From assembly GCA_964234715.1 (NCBI GenBank), contig OZ174281.1: a DNA stretch of 64,000 nucleotides; one strand, written 5' to 3'. This stretch comes from Podarcis melisellensis (Eukaryota). The position numbers were made by a program, and so were the translations under genes. Below the pieces are notes generated by a model that searched no databases, was not told the DNA's origin, and was given only the letters and a program-made list of their open reading frames with translations. Position 1 is the first letter of the stretch. Every line of letters begins with the position of its first letter. This document shows, piece by piece, positions 37,092-51,303 of this stretch.

Positions 37092-39399
37092 TATTTGTGA
37101 AGCAAAAGGTGTGGCATGAAAACTAAGGAAAATTGTGTTTTGGCATGTATGGTTGTGAGTTTTTCTCTGTTTTTTTGTTTTATCTCTTTGTAAACCACTC
37201 TGAGGTTATTTTTACAATCAACCAGTGTATAAATGTTATGAAATAAATAAATGTAATAAAAATCCAATTAGCAGGTCAACAAGTACATAAAAATATTGCT
37301 TTATTCAAGTATTAATCTTTCTTCTGTACTTTTACTTATCAGTGAACATGAGGTCCAAAAGTAATCTAACTACTTTGAATAATGTTGTAATCCTTATAAA
37401 GTCAATATGATACAAGAAAAATATAAATCTGACTGCACAGCCATACATATGGCATGGCTATACAGCCTGTGTTTTTATTACACAGTTGCATCCCCAACTC
37501 TTCTTTAGGGTTGCATTCCATGTATGCAAACTTACGTTTGGTGTATTGATTGGTAAGGAACAACAGAAGGCCTGTGGAGGGTCATACAGCTTTCGGTATG
37601 AACATATGGTTAATGCCACATGTAACAAAGGAAAGTAAATTTAATTCAAAGGGTAGTTCTAAGAAATATGACTAATTCAATGATACAGTGATTACTATTA
37701 AAATTATGCATTATCAGTCACATATCACACTATATGTTACAGTACTTAGAAATGAATAGGCATACAGTATAAATGTAGCTTTTCCTATTGGAGGAAATTA
37801 TGGAAAGGCAGTTGTCAAAGAACAAAGGCATTAAGATTTGAACATGTATTAAACAGGGTCACTGTGTGGTGTCATTGTGCACATGCAGGAAATACAAAAA
37901 GCAATGAACACAGGCTGTTCAAAAAGCAATGAACATAGGAAATACAAAAAGCAATGAACACACCAAGTGTCCAGCTTCACTGGGGAAGCTTCACACACCT
38001 TCCAAGGATGTGTGCAAAGAGTCAGGATTAGCTGTTCATAAATAATATGTGTGTATGTGTGTAATTTTAATATTTAGTCCTCTCTACTGGAAGTTGACTT
38101 TAATTTAGAATGGAAATTCTCCATCATGCATTTACTGAGGAAACACAATGTGTGTGAACAAGTGGAACAACTTTACAAAATATTTTTGAGATACTTTCAG
38201 TGTGGGCGTGAAGTAGTATGGCCTGTTTGGAAGTGTAAAAGAAAATTATTCTGAGATTTACTCATAAATTATGAGTGTGGAGACCAATAATAAATACACT
38301 TACTACTGGTTTATAAACTAATTAAAGTGCACTTCTGAGAAAATGTGGGTGTGAGGAGGTGGTTTATGGATGATGGAACTACTGGGTTTTCTGTTGCCTC
38401 ACCCACATTGACACTCAGTCTTGCAGAGAGGAGAGTAATTAATTATAGTTGTGTGATTGAGAAAGAAAAGAGACATATACAGTATTTCAAACTATATGCA
38501 TACCAGCATTTCCAGTTTCCCCATAGCAACCATGGAACACCATTCAAGAAAACTGAAGGGCATTTTCCAAAAGTTGTAAGGTCCAGTAAAATCCATCCAG
38601 TAGAATCCAGTGACTAGTACTTGCTGGGAAAAACAGGTAGAAGTTGACTTGCTTGAATGCTCTTCTTTAAAACAAAACTCCCTTGTGTGGAGAATGCCTC
38701 AGTTCAGCTTTCTCCCTGGCATGTTATCTTTTTCTTTGTGGAGCTGTATTGAAACATAGGAACACCTATCTGCATCCTGGAACACTCTATAATCTGGGTA
38801 TAAACCAGTGGAGTAGGAAAGTGCCTATTTCTTTTTAGATGTTTAAAAACCAAAGTTTAACCTTTGTGAAAATGTCCAATTCAACATTTTACTAGAAAAT
38901 AGGAAGATAAGTTTTCTTTTATTCTTCTAATTCAATGTATTATAGGACATTTTATACTTTACTAGGTTGTTTTACATTGGATTAGATTGCTAAATCCTCC
39001 TTCCCCAGAAATACTATAAAAGTTACATACCAAGCAAAAATTCAGCCTTTCCCATGGATGCCTAAGCCCACCTATTAGGGGAAGACGTCTAACTCTGAAT
39101 AAACATGTTTAGGAGAGCACTCCCCCCCCCCCCATGTTTTTAAAAGTGCACTAATTTTCAGCTGACATAATGCCGGAGGCAATAAATAAAGCCTAAATAA
39201 AGAACAGGTATTACTATGTAAATAACTAAAAATAATAATTTGGGGGCACCTACCGTCAAGGCTAAAAGACTGTGACAGGAGTGGGTTCCAGTGCCAAAAA
39301 AAGGGGGTGGGTGGGCCACACGCCGCAATAAAACCTCTTGCAGAGCAATCCTACTCAGAAGTAAACCCCACTGAATTCAATGGAGCTTACTGGCAGAGA

Positions 39400-40650
39400 C
39401 GTGGAGGAGCTTGCAGCCCTAGTCCTTGAGACTCCGGGTGTGCGAGCGTCAGGTGAGCTTAATCCCCTGGCAGAGCAGCGCGGCTGCTACCTCTCAGGTG
39501 TCGGCGAGGTAAAGGAACCGGGAGCAGCTTCCGCCCTCCAAGGCGCGGGGATAAAAATGCCGCCGCCTCCTGCCCCTTTCTCCCCCCACATCCACGAGAC
39601 TTCCCTCCTCCCCCGCCGGACGGACACCGGGTTCAACCGCTCGGCGGCCCCGCCTCGTCTGTGATCTCAGCAGGGGGAGAAAAGAGAGGCGGAAAGAAGC
39701 CTCCTCCCGGCCGGGCAAAGCCCAACCCGAGCCCTGCCTGGGGCCTGGTAGCTTCGCTTCGCCTTGCGCCTCCCCCGCCTGCCCGCCCGCCTCCCTCACA
39801 CGCTCCGCTTTCTTTTTCCTCCTCACAGGCACTTCCTGCGCGGGGCCGGGCCGGGCCCAGTCGGGTGGAGAGGGGGAGACTGCTGCTGCTGCCGCCTCGG
39901 CGGAGTTAAAAAGGTATTGGGGAAGGGAAGGGACAGGCGGGCGTCCGTTGACGTTCTGAGGGCCTCTGCCGTGAGGGCTCGAGGTGTTGTCGGCAGTTGG
40001 TCGCGGGGGGGGGGCGGAGGGGTCCCCGAAGAAGCCGCCCGTCAGGGAAGCGGGCGGGCGGGAGTGGCTCCCCGAGCGAACTGGCGCCTGAAGGTGCGGG
40101 GGGGGGGGAGGCTTCCACCGAGGGGTCCCTCCCAGGCCGCCGCTCACGGGCGCTCCGAGGGGATTAGTCGGCGGCGGCCGTTGCTGCTGCTGCTCCTCGC
40201 ATTGCTGGAGGGTGAAGTCATCGTGGCCATTGTCTCCCCTCAGCTCCCCGGCTGGGCCGCCAGAGGGGGGAGGCCAGCAACCAGCCGTGGGGCCCGCCTT
40301 GTTCTCCGAAGCCGCCGGGTAAATTCTCTTTCCCACCCCACCCCCGGGGGGGGGGGCAATACTGGACAGACTTTGAAACCCTCATCCACTCCGCGGGCAA
40401 AGTCCGAGGAGAAACTCGGGGTGGGGTTCGGGGGGTGGAAACTCCATATTCGATCGCTTCCACACCCCAATAAGTTATTTTATTTTTTTCTGAGGGAAGG
40501 ACTTTGGAAAAACGCCCTCTCCTTTCTCTCATACAGCTTCGGAGCGTCTCTATTTGCACTTCCTTCTTGTAAAACAAAGGTACATTCTCCGCCTTGGGGT
40601 GGGGTGGGGGGCGGAATCTGTGAAAAAAATAGTAATTTTTATTAAAGGCC
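39400..40650 (+). promoter_or_regulatory. RNF19A: CpG island / main promoter of RNF19A
   Basis: Sharp GC/CpG-rich block in AT-rich flanks with GC boxes (GCCCCGCC, CCCGCC) and an ETS core CACTTCCTG; the nearest island upstream of the first coding exon. Confidence 0.85.
39829..39913 (+). other. RNF19A: Probable 5'-UTR exon of RNF19A
   Basis: Pyrimidine tract and CAG acceptor (TTTCTTTTTCCTCCTCACAG, ending 39828); donor AAG|GTATTG after 39913. A further donor CAG|GTGAGC lies after 39452. Confidence 0.55.
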
Positions 40651-42063
40651 CCTTTTAGAAGTTGTGACATAGAAGCGTTTTCTGTCAGAAATGGGGCTTT
40701 CTGTAAAACCGAAAGCGTTAGAAAGACACAGTAACATACGCACAGCCGAAACTACGAGGAAGTTCACTCCCAGGGGAGGGGGAAATTTTCCACATCCACT
40801 CCAAATTGGGGCGAGACTAGCTAACTTTTGTCCTATAAAGGCTGCAGTGCTGCTACTGCTGCTGCTGCTACTTCTTCCCTTTCCCCTCGGATTACAGTTT
40901 ATTGGGAATGTGGATATTCCGTCGTCCTCCCCTATCCTGCCTTTTGGGGCGGTTGAATAAGCTGGGTAGCCTTAAATGTAATCTCTTTAAAGAAGCTTGT
41001 GTTCAAAGGGCAGTCTGACATATTTAAATACTTCATTGAACTGTACAGTATTTCTCAGTGGAGGAGTATTGAATTTAAAAAAACGAAAAAGGCAACTACA
41101 ATGCAACTCACCCTGTAGGTGGTCACTGGCATTTCACTACTTATGCCAGGAACTCCTTTGAGGCTGACTTGGGTGATACCAGTGTCTGAAAAGTTTTTAA
41201 TGAATAACAGCACAGCTTAGTAGCTTGCAGAAGTGGGATCCTTTTCATACAAGTGGACATGGGAGCTTTAACAATAAGCCCTGAGAGCTACATAGGCATC
41301 AGAAGTACATCTAAAAAGCTTAGGTCTAATGAAAGGAGAGCTGTTGCTGATCAAATGAACTGCACCGAGAGTTCAGTATGAAGTAATGTGGAATTTCCCC
41401 ATAGTATTTCACCGGCAACCACAACTGTACTGCCTGAGGGATCTTTTTGCTAGTTTCTTGGTTTGAAACCAAAACTTCAGTGTGTGCTTTCAGTGCCCAG
41501 ATTGGAATGCTGCTGATTGTAAAAGAGTGGGGGAAGACTGACAATAGTATAACTTCTACCACAATCCACCTTTTATTTCCACTTGGACACAGAATTTGCT
41601 AATTTAAAACATTTTTGTAGGCACTGGTGTGTCACATCAGTGCAGTTAAAGTCACTGAGAGTTGCACAAAGGTCAGAGGGTGCTTGTGGAGGGGACTGTG
41701 GAATTGTAGGACTAAATGTGCTAATCACACATAGCCACAGAACCTTATTGAAGTTCTCTTAGTCTCTCTTTAAAATAAAAACTGTTGTTTTTAAAAAGTG
41801 CAAGTAGAAAGACTGGTATTTGAGTTCTTACTTTTACCCACTATAAAGTATTTAGGGTCCATGATAAGCAGATTCTGACTAAACAGATTAACTGTCTTAA
41901 TTAGCATGTTAAGAAAGATGGAATAGTGAATGAGGACACTTCATTCAATCACAATTTCAGTGAATTTGTCCAAACTAGGCTTAGTTTAGAAGTCCAGCTT
42001 TAGTCTTATGAATTTGAAATTAATTAAAATGAATGATCATAGGCACTGGCATTTGAAGGGGAA

Positions 42064-42240
42064 GGGATATAGCTCAGTAGTAGAGCACCTGATTTGATAT
42101 AGAAGGCCCCAGGTTCAATTCCTGCATCTCTAGGTAGGGTTAGGGGAGACCTCTGCCTAAAATGCAGAAGAGCTGTTGCAGCCAGTCAGTGTGTATAAAA
42201 GAGCCGGATATACCAAAGTTTGACATAATAAAAGGCAGCT
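42064..42240 (+). mobile_element. tRNA-derived SINE (Squam3-like)
   Basis: TAGCTCAGTAGTAGAGCAC (A box) and AGGTTCAATTCC (B box). Confidence 0.75.
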
Positions 42241-42358
42241 CAGTATTGTCTACACCCTGAGGTTTTAGGCAGCAGTTTTAATAGCTCTGCCTGGAGATGC
42301 TAGTGATTGAACCTGGGGCCTGCTGCATGCAAATAAGATGCTCGACCACTGAGCTATA
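42241..42358 (-). mobile_element. tRNA-derived SINE (Squam3-like), opposite orientation
   Basis: GATTGAACCTGGGGCC...TGCTCGACCACTGAGCTATA. Confidence 0.75.
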
Positions 42359-44731
42359 ACTTTTCTCTTTTAAATACTAGGTTGAAAACAGAGAGAGGTC
42401 TATGATCACTGGTCATCAGTTCAAATTCATAAAAGTAAAGTTAGAATTCTGAACTAAGCCTGTTAAGATAGATTTACTTAAACAGTGAAAGAACAAAGTG
42501 TTCTCATTAGCTATTCACTGTACTCCTCGAATTATTTTTTGCATCACTATTGTCTGCTTTCATTTCTTTTGTCAAAGTTCATGTTCCCTTTTGTTCTCAT
42601 TTGGAGGGGGCTTCCATTTTCTGAAGAAAGTCTTCTTGCCTCTTAAAAGCTTCCTTGACTCTGCTCATTAATTATGGTGACATCCCTTTGGCCTTGATGG
42701 TGCCTTTCCTTGTTTGCGGTACCACATACCGTACATTCTAGCCACTTGTAGCTTGAATAACCCTAGGTGCTCTGGAAAGATGTGATGGCCTTCACATTTC
42801 CTTTTACCTTCCTTTTTACAAAGCCTCTTTTTAAAAGAAGTTTCCTCTTTTGAAGTCAGGTGTGACTGTTGGATTTTTTTGGCAATTGTCCACTTACATA
42901 TATATAGAATTTGAAAGCACTGTGTAGTTGCTGTGGCCAGTTGGTTTGACAACACATTGCATCGAGTCTTGAGCACTACGTAAAAGTCCAGGCTTGTTGC
43001 CCCTCTGGTTCATTCGATGACCAACTATTTTAGGGTATTTTAGGTACAGTCATTTTTGACAATGGAGTGTGTCTCCAGGGGTAAAGTCAAACTTCTGGAC
43101 AATCACCGCACCTGCTACGGCTGCAGAGACTGGTAACTTAAAACTGCTGCCTCACACGTTGTTTTTGCTGCACTAGTGACCTCTACAGGGCCCCCTCTCA
43201 GCATTGTGGATGTGTCACATGCTGACAGCTTCTGGGAGCCACAAAGGTACTACTCTTCTGCTGACATCCCAGACACCCCACATTACACCTATACACAGAC
43301 ATTTAGGGATCTAGAAATTCTACCTCTTTGTCATAAGTGGAACATGCATGTATCCAGTCTTTAGAAGTAATTGAAGTTTCCTGTTACTACAGCAAGGTCG
43401 TCTTTTAGGGACATTCTTGATTTATTAGCCACCTGAAGATCATTGTGGGCATTTTGGTCAGGGTTATCATAGTACGTCCCCAGTATTGAATCACACTTTC
43501 GGCCTTGGTATTGCTACCCATATTGGTTCTGTGAAGGTGGCCACCCTTTTTGGGGATATCTAGCTTGGTCTCCTTGATGTATAAAATTACACCATCTCCA
43601 GTCCACCCTTCCCTTCCTTCCTATGGAATTTTCATCTACTGCTTAAGACATTTTTTGTGTATTGTTAGAGGGGATTCCTTCTACTGTTCATGGCTTAATG
43701 CTGTTTTCTCCTTTTGTTTGTATTTCAGCTCTTAAGTTCCACTTTCACTTAGTTGGCAAAATATATAATGGACTAATTCAACAGATGACAGCATTACAAG
43801 ATTGAGCATGATCTTTAAGGTTCCCCGGCTTAATATGTACATCTGACTGGCACATGGAGGTTGATTTCCTCCAAGAAGGTAATGACTCTTGAGTTGTATT
43901 GTATATATCACTCCATTTTTCCATAAAATAATAAATTTTATTTTCTGTATTGAAAACACATAAACTGTGTTAAATAAATGCCAAGCTTTGCAGCTATATC
44001 TTGACATGTATCATTCTTTTGAGATACGATTCCTATTTAAGATACTGTATGATTCCTAAGCCACCTGCATTTTGTTCTTTTTCTAGCTGTTCTGCTTTCT
44101 TTCACTTTTAACTTCTCAAGACCAAAAACCTCTTATGTCTTTATAGCTCAGTTTTTGCACAGCATTAATGCAATAAACATAATTCCTTAAATTGCAAGTT
44201 GCAAGATAAATATGTAAGCTGCTACCTTTTCAAGACTTTTGCTAATCTGTCATTAGGCAATCTGACCTGGCATAGAATTATTTTATGACCTACAAATGGA
44301 CATTCTTAACATGAAGCAAAACCATGTGGCATATATCACCAAAAGGAAATATTGTATGGATATAGAAGTCTCTCCCATCCAGTATTCTGTGTCCTTACTT
44401 ATGGCAGTGTCAGATTCTGCTGTAGAAGGCGGAAAGTCCTGTTCACATAGGTGAAAGAAAACAGAACTGAACTCACTCTTACCCTTGTGTAGCCATAACC
44501 CTGGAAATGTAAGATGCTTGCAAATCAGACTAATTTTTAATAAACATATTTAAATACACAATTCTGTCTTGTAAGTAACTTAGTAGGGGCTTTAATAACA
44601 CCTTTTCATATGGTGGGTTTATTTGCTTCCTTGTGTTAGTATCTTTTCTCCAGGGAAGGAAGTTATACAGTCTTGAAGAGATCCTCAGCAAAAAGACTGG
44701 ATGACTTCCTTTAGGAATTGGGAAATGGCAG

Positions 44732-45050
44732 CAGAGCCTAGGACTTGCCGATCAGAAGGTCGGCAGTTTGAATCCCTGCGACGGGGTGAGCTGCCGTTAC
44801 TCGGTCCCTGCTCTTGACAACCTAGCAGTTCAAAAACACGTTAAAGTGCAAGTAGATAAATAGGTACCGCTCCGGCGGGAAGATAAACGGCGTTTCCGTG
44901 TGCTGCTCTGGTTCGCCAGAAGCGGCTTAGTCATGCTGGCCGCATGACCCAGAAGCTGTACGCTGGCTCCCTCAGCCAATAAAGTGAGATGAGCGCCGCA
45001 ACCCCAGAGTCAGCCATGACTGGACCTAATGGCTAGGGGTCCCTTTACCT
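44732..45050 (+). mobile_element. Sauria SINE
   Basis: Reverse complement of the 16286 copy. Confidence 0.92.
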
Positions 45051-45126
45051 GTTAATCATATTTAACTTTCGTATACATTTCCATAGGAAAAATTTCTAGA
45101 TAGCAGCTTATTTTATCTACATAGTA

Positions 45127-45290
45127 CAGTGGTGCCCCGCAAGACGAAAAACCCGCTAGACGAAAGGGTTTTCCGTTTTGGAGGCACTTTGCAAAACGAA
45201 TTACCCTATGGGCTTGCTTCGCAAGACGAAAAAACCGCTAGACGAAGAGAATCGCGGAACGGATTCTTTTCGTCTAGCGAGGCACCACTG
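45127..45290. mobile_element. Tc1/mariner MITE (second family)
   Basis: TA|CAGTGGTGCCCCGCAAGACGAAAA ... TTTTCGTCTAGCGAGGCACCACTG|TA. Confidence 0.88.
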
Positions 45291-45438
45291 TATAGAGCTA
45301 TTCTACCAAACTCTTCCTACCTTTTTGGCAGGTATAACACAACGTAAGCATGCCTTTTTAAAAACTGTCATTATTATGGCCACCTTGCTCCTGTTCCATC
45401 CCTTCAATAATTGTACATTTAAAGGATGTGCCCTGGAG

Positions 45439-45579
45439 CAGTGGCGTAGCGTGGGTTGTCAGCACCCGGGGCAAGGCAAGTAATTTGCGCCCCCTAACCC
45501 GTGGATTTGCGCACCCTAACCCCCAGATGTTGCGCCCGGTGTGGCTGGCCCCCCCCTACACCTCCCCCGCTACGCACTG
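45439..45579 (+). mobile_element. Short hAT-like MITE with CCCTAA units (second copy)
   Basis: CAGTGGCGTAGCG ... CGCTACGCACTG; perfect TSD CCCTGGAG (45431-45438, 45580-45587). Confidence 0.88.
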
Positions 45580-48358
45580 CCCTGGAGGCTGCTTTGGAGA
45601 GAAAAGGGGTTGTTTTTCTGAAATAGACACTGCACAGTAAAAGCTACATGTTACGGTAGAAATGTGATGGCAGTATTTTGAGTTGAATGCATCCAGGTTA
45701 GATGATATAAATTCCTACCTCCATTTTATCACAACAATAGAAGTACAGTTACGTCATTTATTTTACACTAGAAAAAACTGAGGCATTCAGATATTTAAAA
45801 ATTACTCTAGCCTAATGTATTGGACAACCAACAGACAAAATTGTCTAGAATTTTAAAAAATGGGTGCAACAATGGAATGTCTAGGCACACTTTTTTAATA
45901 ACAAGAATACGAAGCTGAAAATGAATAAACTGCAGCTTAAATATTATGTTCATTTTTCACATGGTCTGGACTCTGGTCCTTCCCCTGCCCCGCCCCCCTG
46001 ATATTCTTTAGAGGGTCTCCAGTCTTCAGAGAGTAGCTGGAAGTGGGGAGGCAGAAAAAGGTCCTCCTTTCCTTCCACTTTGCAGTTTTAATCTATGCTT
46101 TTTAGCATATCAGTAATTAGCTTATTAAAAAAATTGTTTCTTGCATCCAGTTATATTATTCAGTTTTGCTTTAACAATTATCACTACTCTCGCAGTAAAA
46201 ATGGGTTTGTATTTCATTGTTTATGCTCTGAGAGTCACTGCACTTTAAGTGAAATATTTTGCCTTTCCCTAACCCCGTAAGGATGCTTCAGTTGTTTATT
46301 TTTATTATGCTTGTATTTACATATGAAATACTATTATTGAGGGAAGTCTCTGGAATGGTGTTTTTCTCTTTTTATTGACACTGAAGGCTGTAATCCTATA
46401 CACTTACCTGGGAGTAACTTGGTGGGACTTAAATTTCGAGTAGACATGTATAGGGTTGTCATGCAAACTTGCTTGACTAATTGGTATCCATAAGGACTCA
46501 CTAGCAAGTCCTTAATGTCCTTAGAGGTTATTTTTTCCAGATGTTGTACATGGCGTTCATGTGGAAGTTCCCTAATGACCCTGTAATGAATGTAAAATTA
46601 CATGTATGCTTCTAATGGCCATGTGTGTAGTACTGTTTCTGTACCATCTTATCTTGGAATATAATGTGCTTATGTGGGGGCAGGGGGATCATTTGGGGAA
46701 GGAAGAAGCAACTTTGGGAGGAAGCTATACATAAATGAAATGTTGTATGGAGGGCACTGCACATTCTGGAAACAGGCTGGATTGGTTTTTAAATCAAGTT
46801 TTCCATTTTGAAATTTTACATTTCCTGAACAAACATCTTGGTTAGCTTGTGTTCTTGATATGGCATTTCATTTAATTTTTGGAGCCTCTAGAGAACATGT
46901 TGGGCAGTCAAACAAATATAGCAAGTTAATAAATATGGTTGCTATAGCAATTAAAATATATAGAGCTTTTATACAAGCTAGGAACATAACCCGAACCTTC
47001 AGTCATGTAGTTTGCACACACTGCAGAATTATATTTGCTTAGAGGCAGGCAGATTTTTGGTTTGGCTGTCTTTGTGCAGGAATATTAGGCAAGATTATTT
47101 GGTTAAAGATTGGGCCCAGAACTTTTTTTCATAAGCCATATCAGTTACTGTACAAACTGTCATTACTTCATGAGTTGGGAAGTAAATGTTCATTTTTTCT
47201 GGTTAGTAGAATCAAACAACAAATTGCAGAGGTCAGCTAGTTGAAGGACCTGAAATAAGAATACAGTTGTTCATTGGATTATTCTAGAAATATATGGATG
47301 CTGTCTCCTGGATCCCAGCACCTGTTACTATTTGCTAGTCAGTGGGTCCTATATGAAGCCCACAGTAATACCATACAAAGATTTGGTTCATTTATGCATG
47401 TGCTAGTGTGGTTCTGTTAATTGTTGATTTAAATATTTGCCCATGATGCCGTATGTTCAAAGGTTTTGGAAATGGGAGTTCCAAACTTGAATCTCCAAGG
47501 GCTTACTGAGTCTAAATATTAAGCAAATTTTAGATTTTCATCAATATCTCATTTCACTTGAGGTTTATAACACATTTAGTATCAGTGTGTTTATATTATC
47601 AACATCCAGAAAGTCCCCTAAAGCCGCTAGGAAAATCATGAATAAAATATTTAACTGTAGGAAGCATATATCCTTACAATAATTGATACTGTGTTGCTGT
47701 TGCCCTGCAAAAAAGTTGCAAGAAGTTTTTTAGGGCACTTTAGTTCGAAAAATTTCAAATGCCTTGAATAGACTGGGATCTGACTTGCCATAGTTGGATT
47801 ATTTAGACATTTAGTTTTTCTATCCCATCCCATTTCCAGAAATGGGCTGGAGATATGGGTACGCAGGCATGCACAAGGATAGGCAGGCTGTGATTCCTAG
47901 GAACCTAAAATATTAAACTGCATGTTTGAAACTGCAACTTTACTGTTATTGTATTAGTTCATTATGTTAAAACAATTTTATGGAAAAAATGTACTTTTAG
48001 AAATGGAACATTTTTTTAAATGGAAAAATATAGTAGTAGAAAACTTCCTGCGGAAAATCCCCCCCCCCATATTACTACATGTTGGTCATAGGTGCCAAGG
48101 CATTTTGGGCTTCAGAATTGCATGTGTCTGCTGCTTTGCTCTGATCCCCCAATAGGCCATTTATCCCTTCCGAAGGGTTTGAGCCTTTAGCCATTAATTT
48201 ATCAGCTGCTTGATAACAAAGTTTCTCTTGGGTGTTGTACATATTTGAAACATTCAGGTCAAAATTTTAAACCAGTCAATGGCAACACAAATACACCATA
48301 AAACACAACTTCAGCAGCAATCATAACATAGAGAGCCATAAGAACAATATTTCTAGAA

Positions 48359-48591
48359 CAGGAGTAGGGAACCTCAGGCCCAGGAGAATACCCTCAAGAG
48401 GTTCCCTCTCAAGATGGATGATAGCGAAGGGCATAAGTTGTGTGTAGAAACTAGCCTACTGTAAAGAGGTAAAAATTACACTAGTTGTCCATCCACATTC
48501 ACCTCTGGCCCCATCCACCAGTGGTATGTAGGCACTGGAAAGTTGCCTAGAACAGTGCTGCCCTTAAGCTGAAAAAGGTTCCCCACCCCTA
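48359..48591. mobile_element. Old hAT MITE
   Basis: CAGGAGTAGGGAACCT ... AGGTTCCCCACCCCTA imperfect TIRs. Confidence 0.6.
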
Positions 48592-51303
48592 TCAAGGAGC
48601 ATCTGTGTTATCTAGGAGGTTACCTTCTATGCAAGTTGGGGCTTTTGATGAACTGGAAGTCTTTGGAATAAATGAATGATGTTTTGTATCATTTGGTCTA
48701 GTATTCTTAGGAAATCTATGTATTTAGAGCTTCCTTGGCTCTGTCTCCTGCCATGTTGCTAACATCCACGGAGCTGATGCACCCATTGACTGCCTCAATG
48801 GTAGTCACTTTATAATGTCAATAGTGCATTGTAATTACTAGTGTTATACATGTGAGGATTTAAGTAGGTACTAAAATAGTGTTCAAAGTTCACCGATCAC
48901 ACATAACCCAATATACACTTCTTAAAAGATTAAAGGAATTTGTATGAGCTGGTGGATGACATTCCCTTCCTATTCCTTAGGACTTTCCAAAGTGGCACCA
49001 ATTGTTTCCAGATAAACTGGAATCCACTTATCTAAAAATATTTAACTTCAGAGCAAAAATATAAAAAAGGAAATGTATCTCTTCCAGTAATAGAAATTGA
49101 ATTGTAGCAAACTTTTATTCACTTTGGGCAAACTAGTATTGGCTACTTCTTCCTTATCTTTTCCATATTAGCAACTTGATATTTTTAGTTGTCAGCTTAG
49201 CAGCATATATTTGACTCTAGAAGTAATTCTGTTCTACTGACTTGCTTATATTCTTTCTCATATTCAACACTTGAAGATGAAATTTATAGCACTTCCCATA
49301 ATAAAATCATTTCTTTTCATGGCTGAATCACATGCTTTCCAATGCATGTGTTTTAACTTTAACAGTTGTTTTTGTAGTCTGAACCATTTCCTGTTATTCA
49401 GCTATTATGCTGCCAAAAGCAGAAACCAGCTATTTTTCAGCCATTTTTAAATATATTACAAGTAGTTATAAAGGTCTGTTGATTGTAGGGAAAAATTCTG
49501 TCCCTTTTTTGTTTTCCAATTTTCAAATTCTAAAAGCACTGGAGCTATGAACCTACCACTCTGAAAATGGTGAGATGAGTGCAAGTAAGGAGGCCTGATC
49601 TTTGTTCATCCTTAAGTATTCATTTAACTCCTGGGCTATGAGTCTCCCTTATTGGTTCTGCAGCAGTGTGTCTCAAATTTTAGATGCTTTCTTCTAGAAG
49701 CTATTCATACGTGAATAGTTGCATAGTCTTGTGTACATAGTCACAGGTAGCAACAGGCTATCTCTGGATTCGGACATTAGTCCTGTACAGCATTAGAAGA
49801 GAACAGGATATTACTCACCTGCTTCAAAAGTCATGCACCAGAAAATATATAAGAACAAAGTAGCAGTTTAAAATATCTTGGTAGATAATTATCTCTTCGT
49901 ATTGTGATCCCATTTCATGTTTCAGACGGTCCTCTTTCTCAGAGAGCCTTAGCACAATTGTTTGGCTTTAGTAATAAATAAATACTTACAAAGCATCTTA
50001 TAATGTTTTCTGTTAGATTATTTCTATTTTAATCTAATACTGTTTTCTGATAGTGTTAACAGATTTGTTTTGTGCTCTGGAGATTTAAACGGATTATGGA
50101 TGGTCAAAAGACCACTGCCACATCTCCCAGGCATCTATTTACCTTGGCCCTTGACACCCTCTCTCTGAATTGTAATTCGTTATTTTAAAATATTGTATCT
50201 TTGAATTATTGCAACCAACCCTAGAACCTCATGTAGAAATCTAACAATTTGCATCAAACTTTAAAGAAGACTATTAAATAAGGCACATTAAATATAATTT
50301 CATATCATGTCAGCTGTAATGTTCAAATACAATGGGCAGAAATGGTTAACCAGTTTCTATATCTTGTACTACATAAGCAGATGCATAGCCAGCAATGGAA
50401 CACAACTACCCATGACTCTATTTAATTGGATATTTTTAAAAATTATTGGACTTAGTTAGTCTATGGAGAGGTAACTTTTTTCCATCTCATGGCCACATTC
50501 AAGATTGGTCAGTCCTCTGTGAACAGCATGCCAGCAGTCATAATGGCCAAAGTGGCCATCAAACATGTGTGCATACTGCACACAAACGTACACACACAGT
50601 GCACATATCTTATACACACAAACACATGCTGGGACAAGCCATGCTCATTCTCCTCATAGCACTGGGTTGAGAACAGAGGTTTAAAGCTGGATTTGGAGGT
50701 TTAAGCCCCTCCTTTCAGCCCAGCCCTGCTATGGAGTAAGTTCCTCATCACAGCACTAAGCTAGCTGGGAGAGGTTTGTCTTCACAGGCCCCAGAACTGT
50801 AATGGGCAGAATACTTTCCCTCCTTCCCTGCTGTGTGAGATTTCCTCCACCAGGCATTCCTGGGAGTGCCTTTGCACCCACTGTTAACTCGCCTAGGATG
50901 AGGAAACAATCTCGGTTAACTTGTGTGGCACAGGTGGGTGAAAAATCCCCCTGGGCTAGTGCCCTAATGCTGAGTAAAATGAGGGTTTGTGCACCATTTA
51001 AAATGGCTTTGTGTGCCTGACCTGGGCTGTGGTTGTTACCCCTGATTTAGTTGAATTGTTGAAGAGGTTTCCTGTTTAGTCCTTTAAAACAAGCCTGAAT
51101 CAACGACTCAGGAATATATATTTTTAAATCAACAGTCAAGCTAACTCTTCTAGAAATTACACATATATGCACTTTGTTAGCTACCCTAATTAATGGAAAG
51201 CTGAGATGGAAATGTTTTAAATGGTTTCTAATTATATAAAACAATTTCCCCTGGAAATACAAAACAATTTCCCCTGGAAAGTTCTTTTTCTGTTTTTCAG
51301 CAT

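Noticed and set aside
37887-37961. Three CAAAAAGCAATGAACA repeats with short spacers (CRISPR-like appearance)
   Set aside because: Eukaryotic local tandem duplication with 5-9-nt spacers; no cas genes.
3000-39000. Exons of a neighbouring gene (e.g. ANKRD46) or conserved enhancers
   Set aside because: No ankyrin or other recognisable coding motif in the ORF track; short exons and conserved non-coding elements cannot be excluded without alignments.
39380-40670. 280-aa and 293-aa ORFs
   Set aside because: Low-complexity CpG-island artefacts with no recognisable domain.
11603-51279. Short tandem duplications (about 11603-11657, 14529-14556, 28267-28302, 51238-51279)
   Set aside because: Ordinary slippage or repair duplications with no shared motif.
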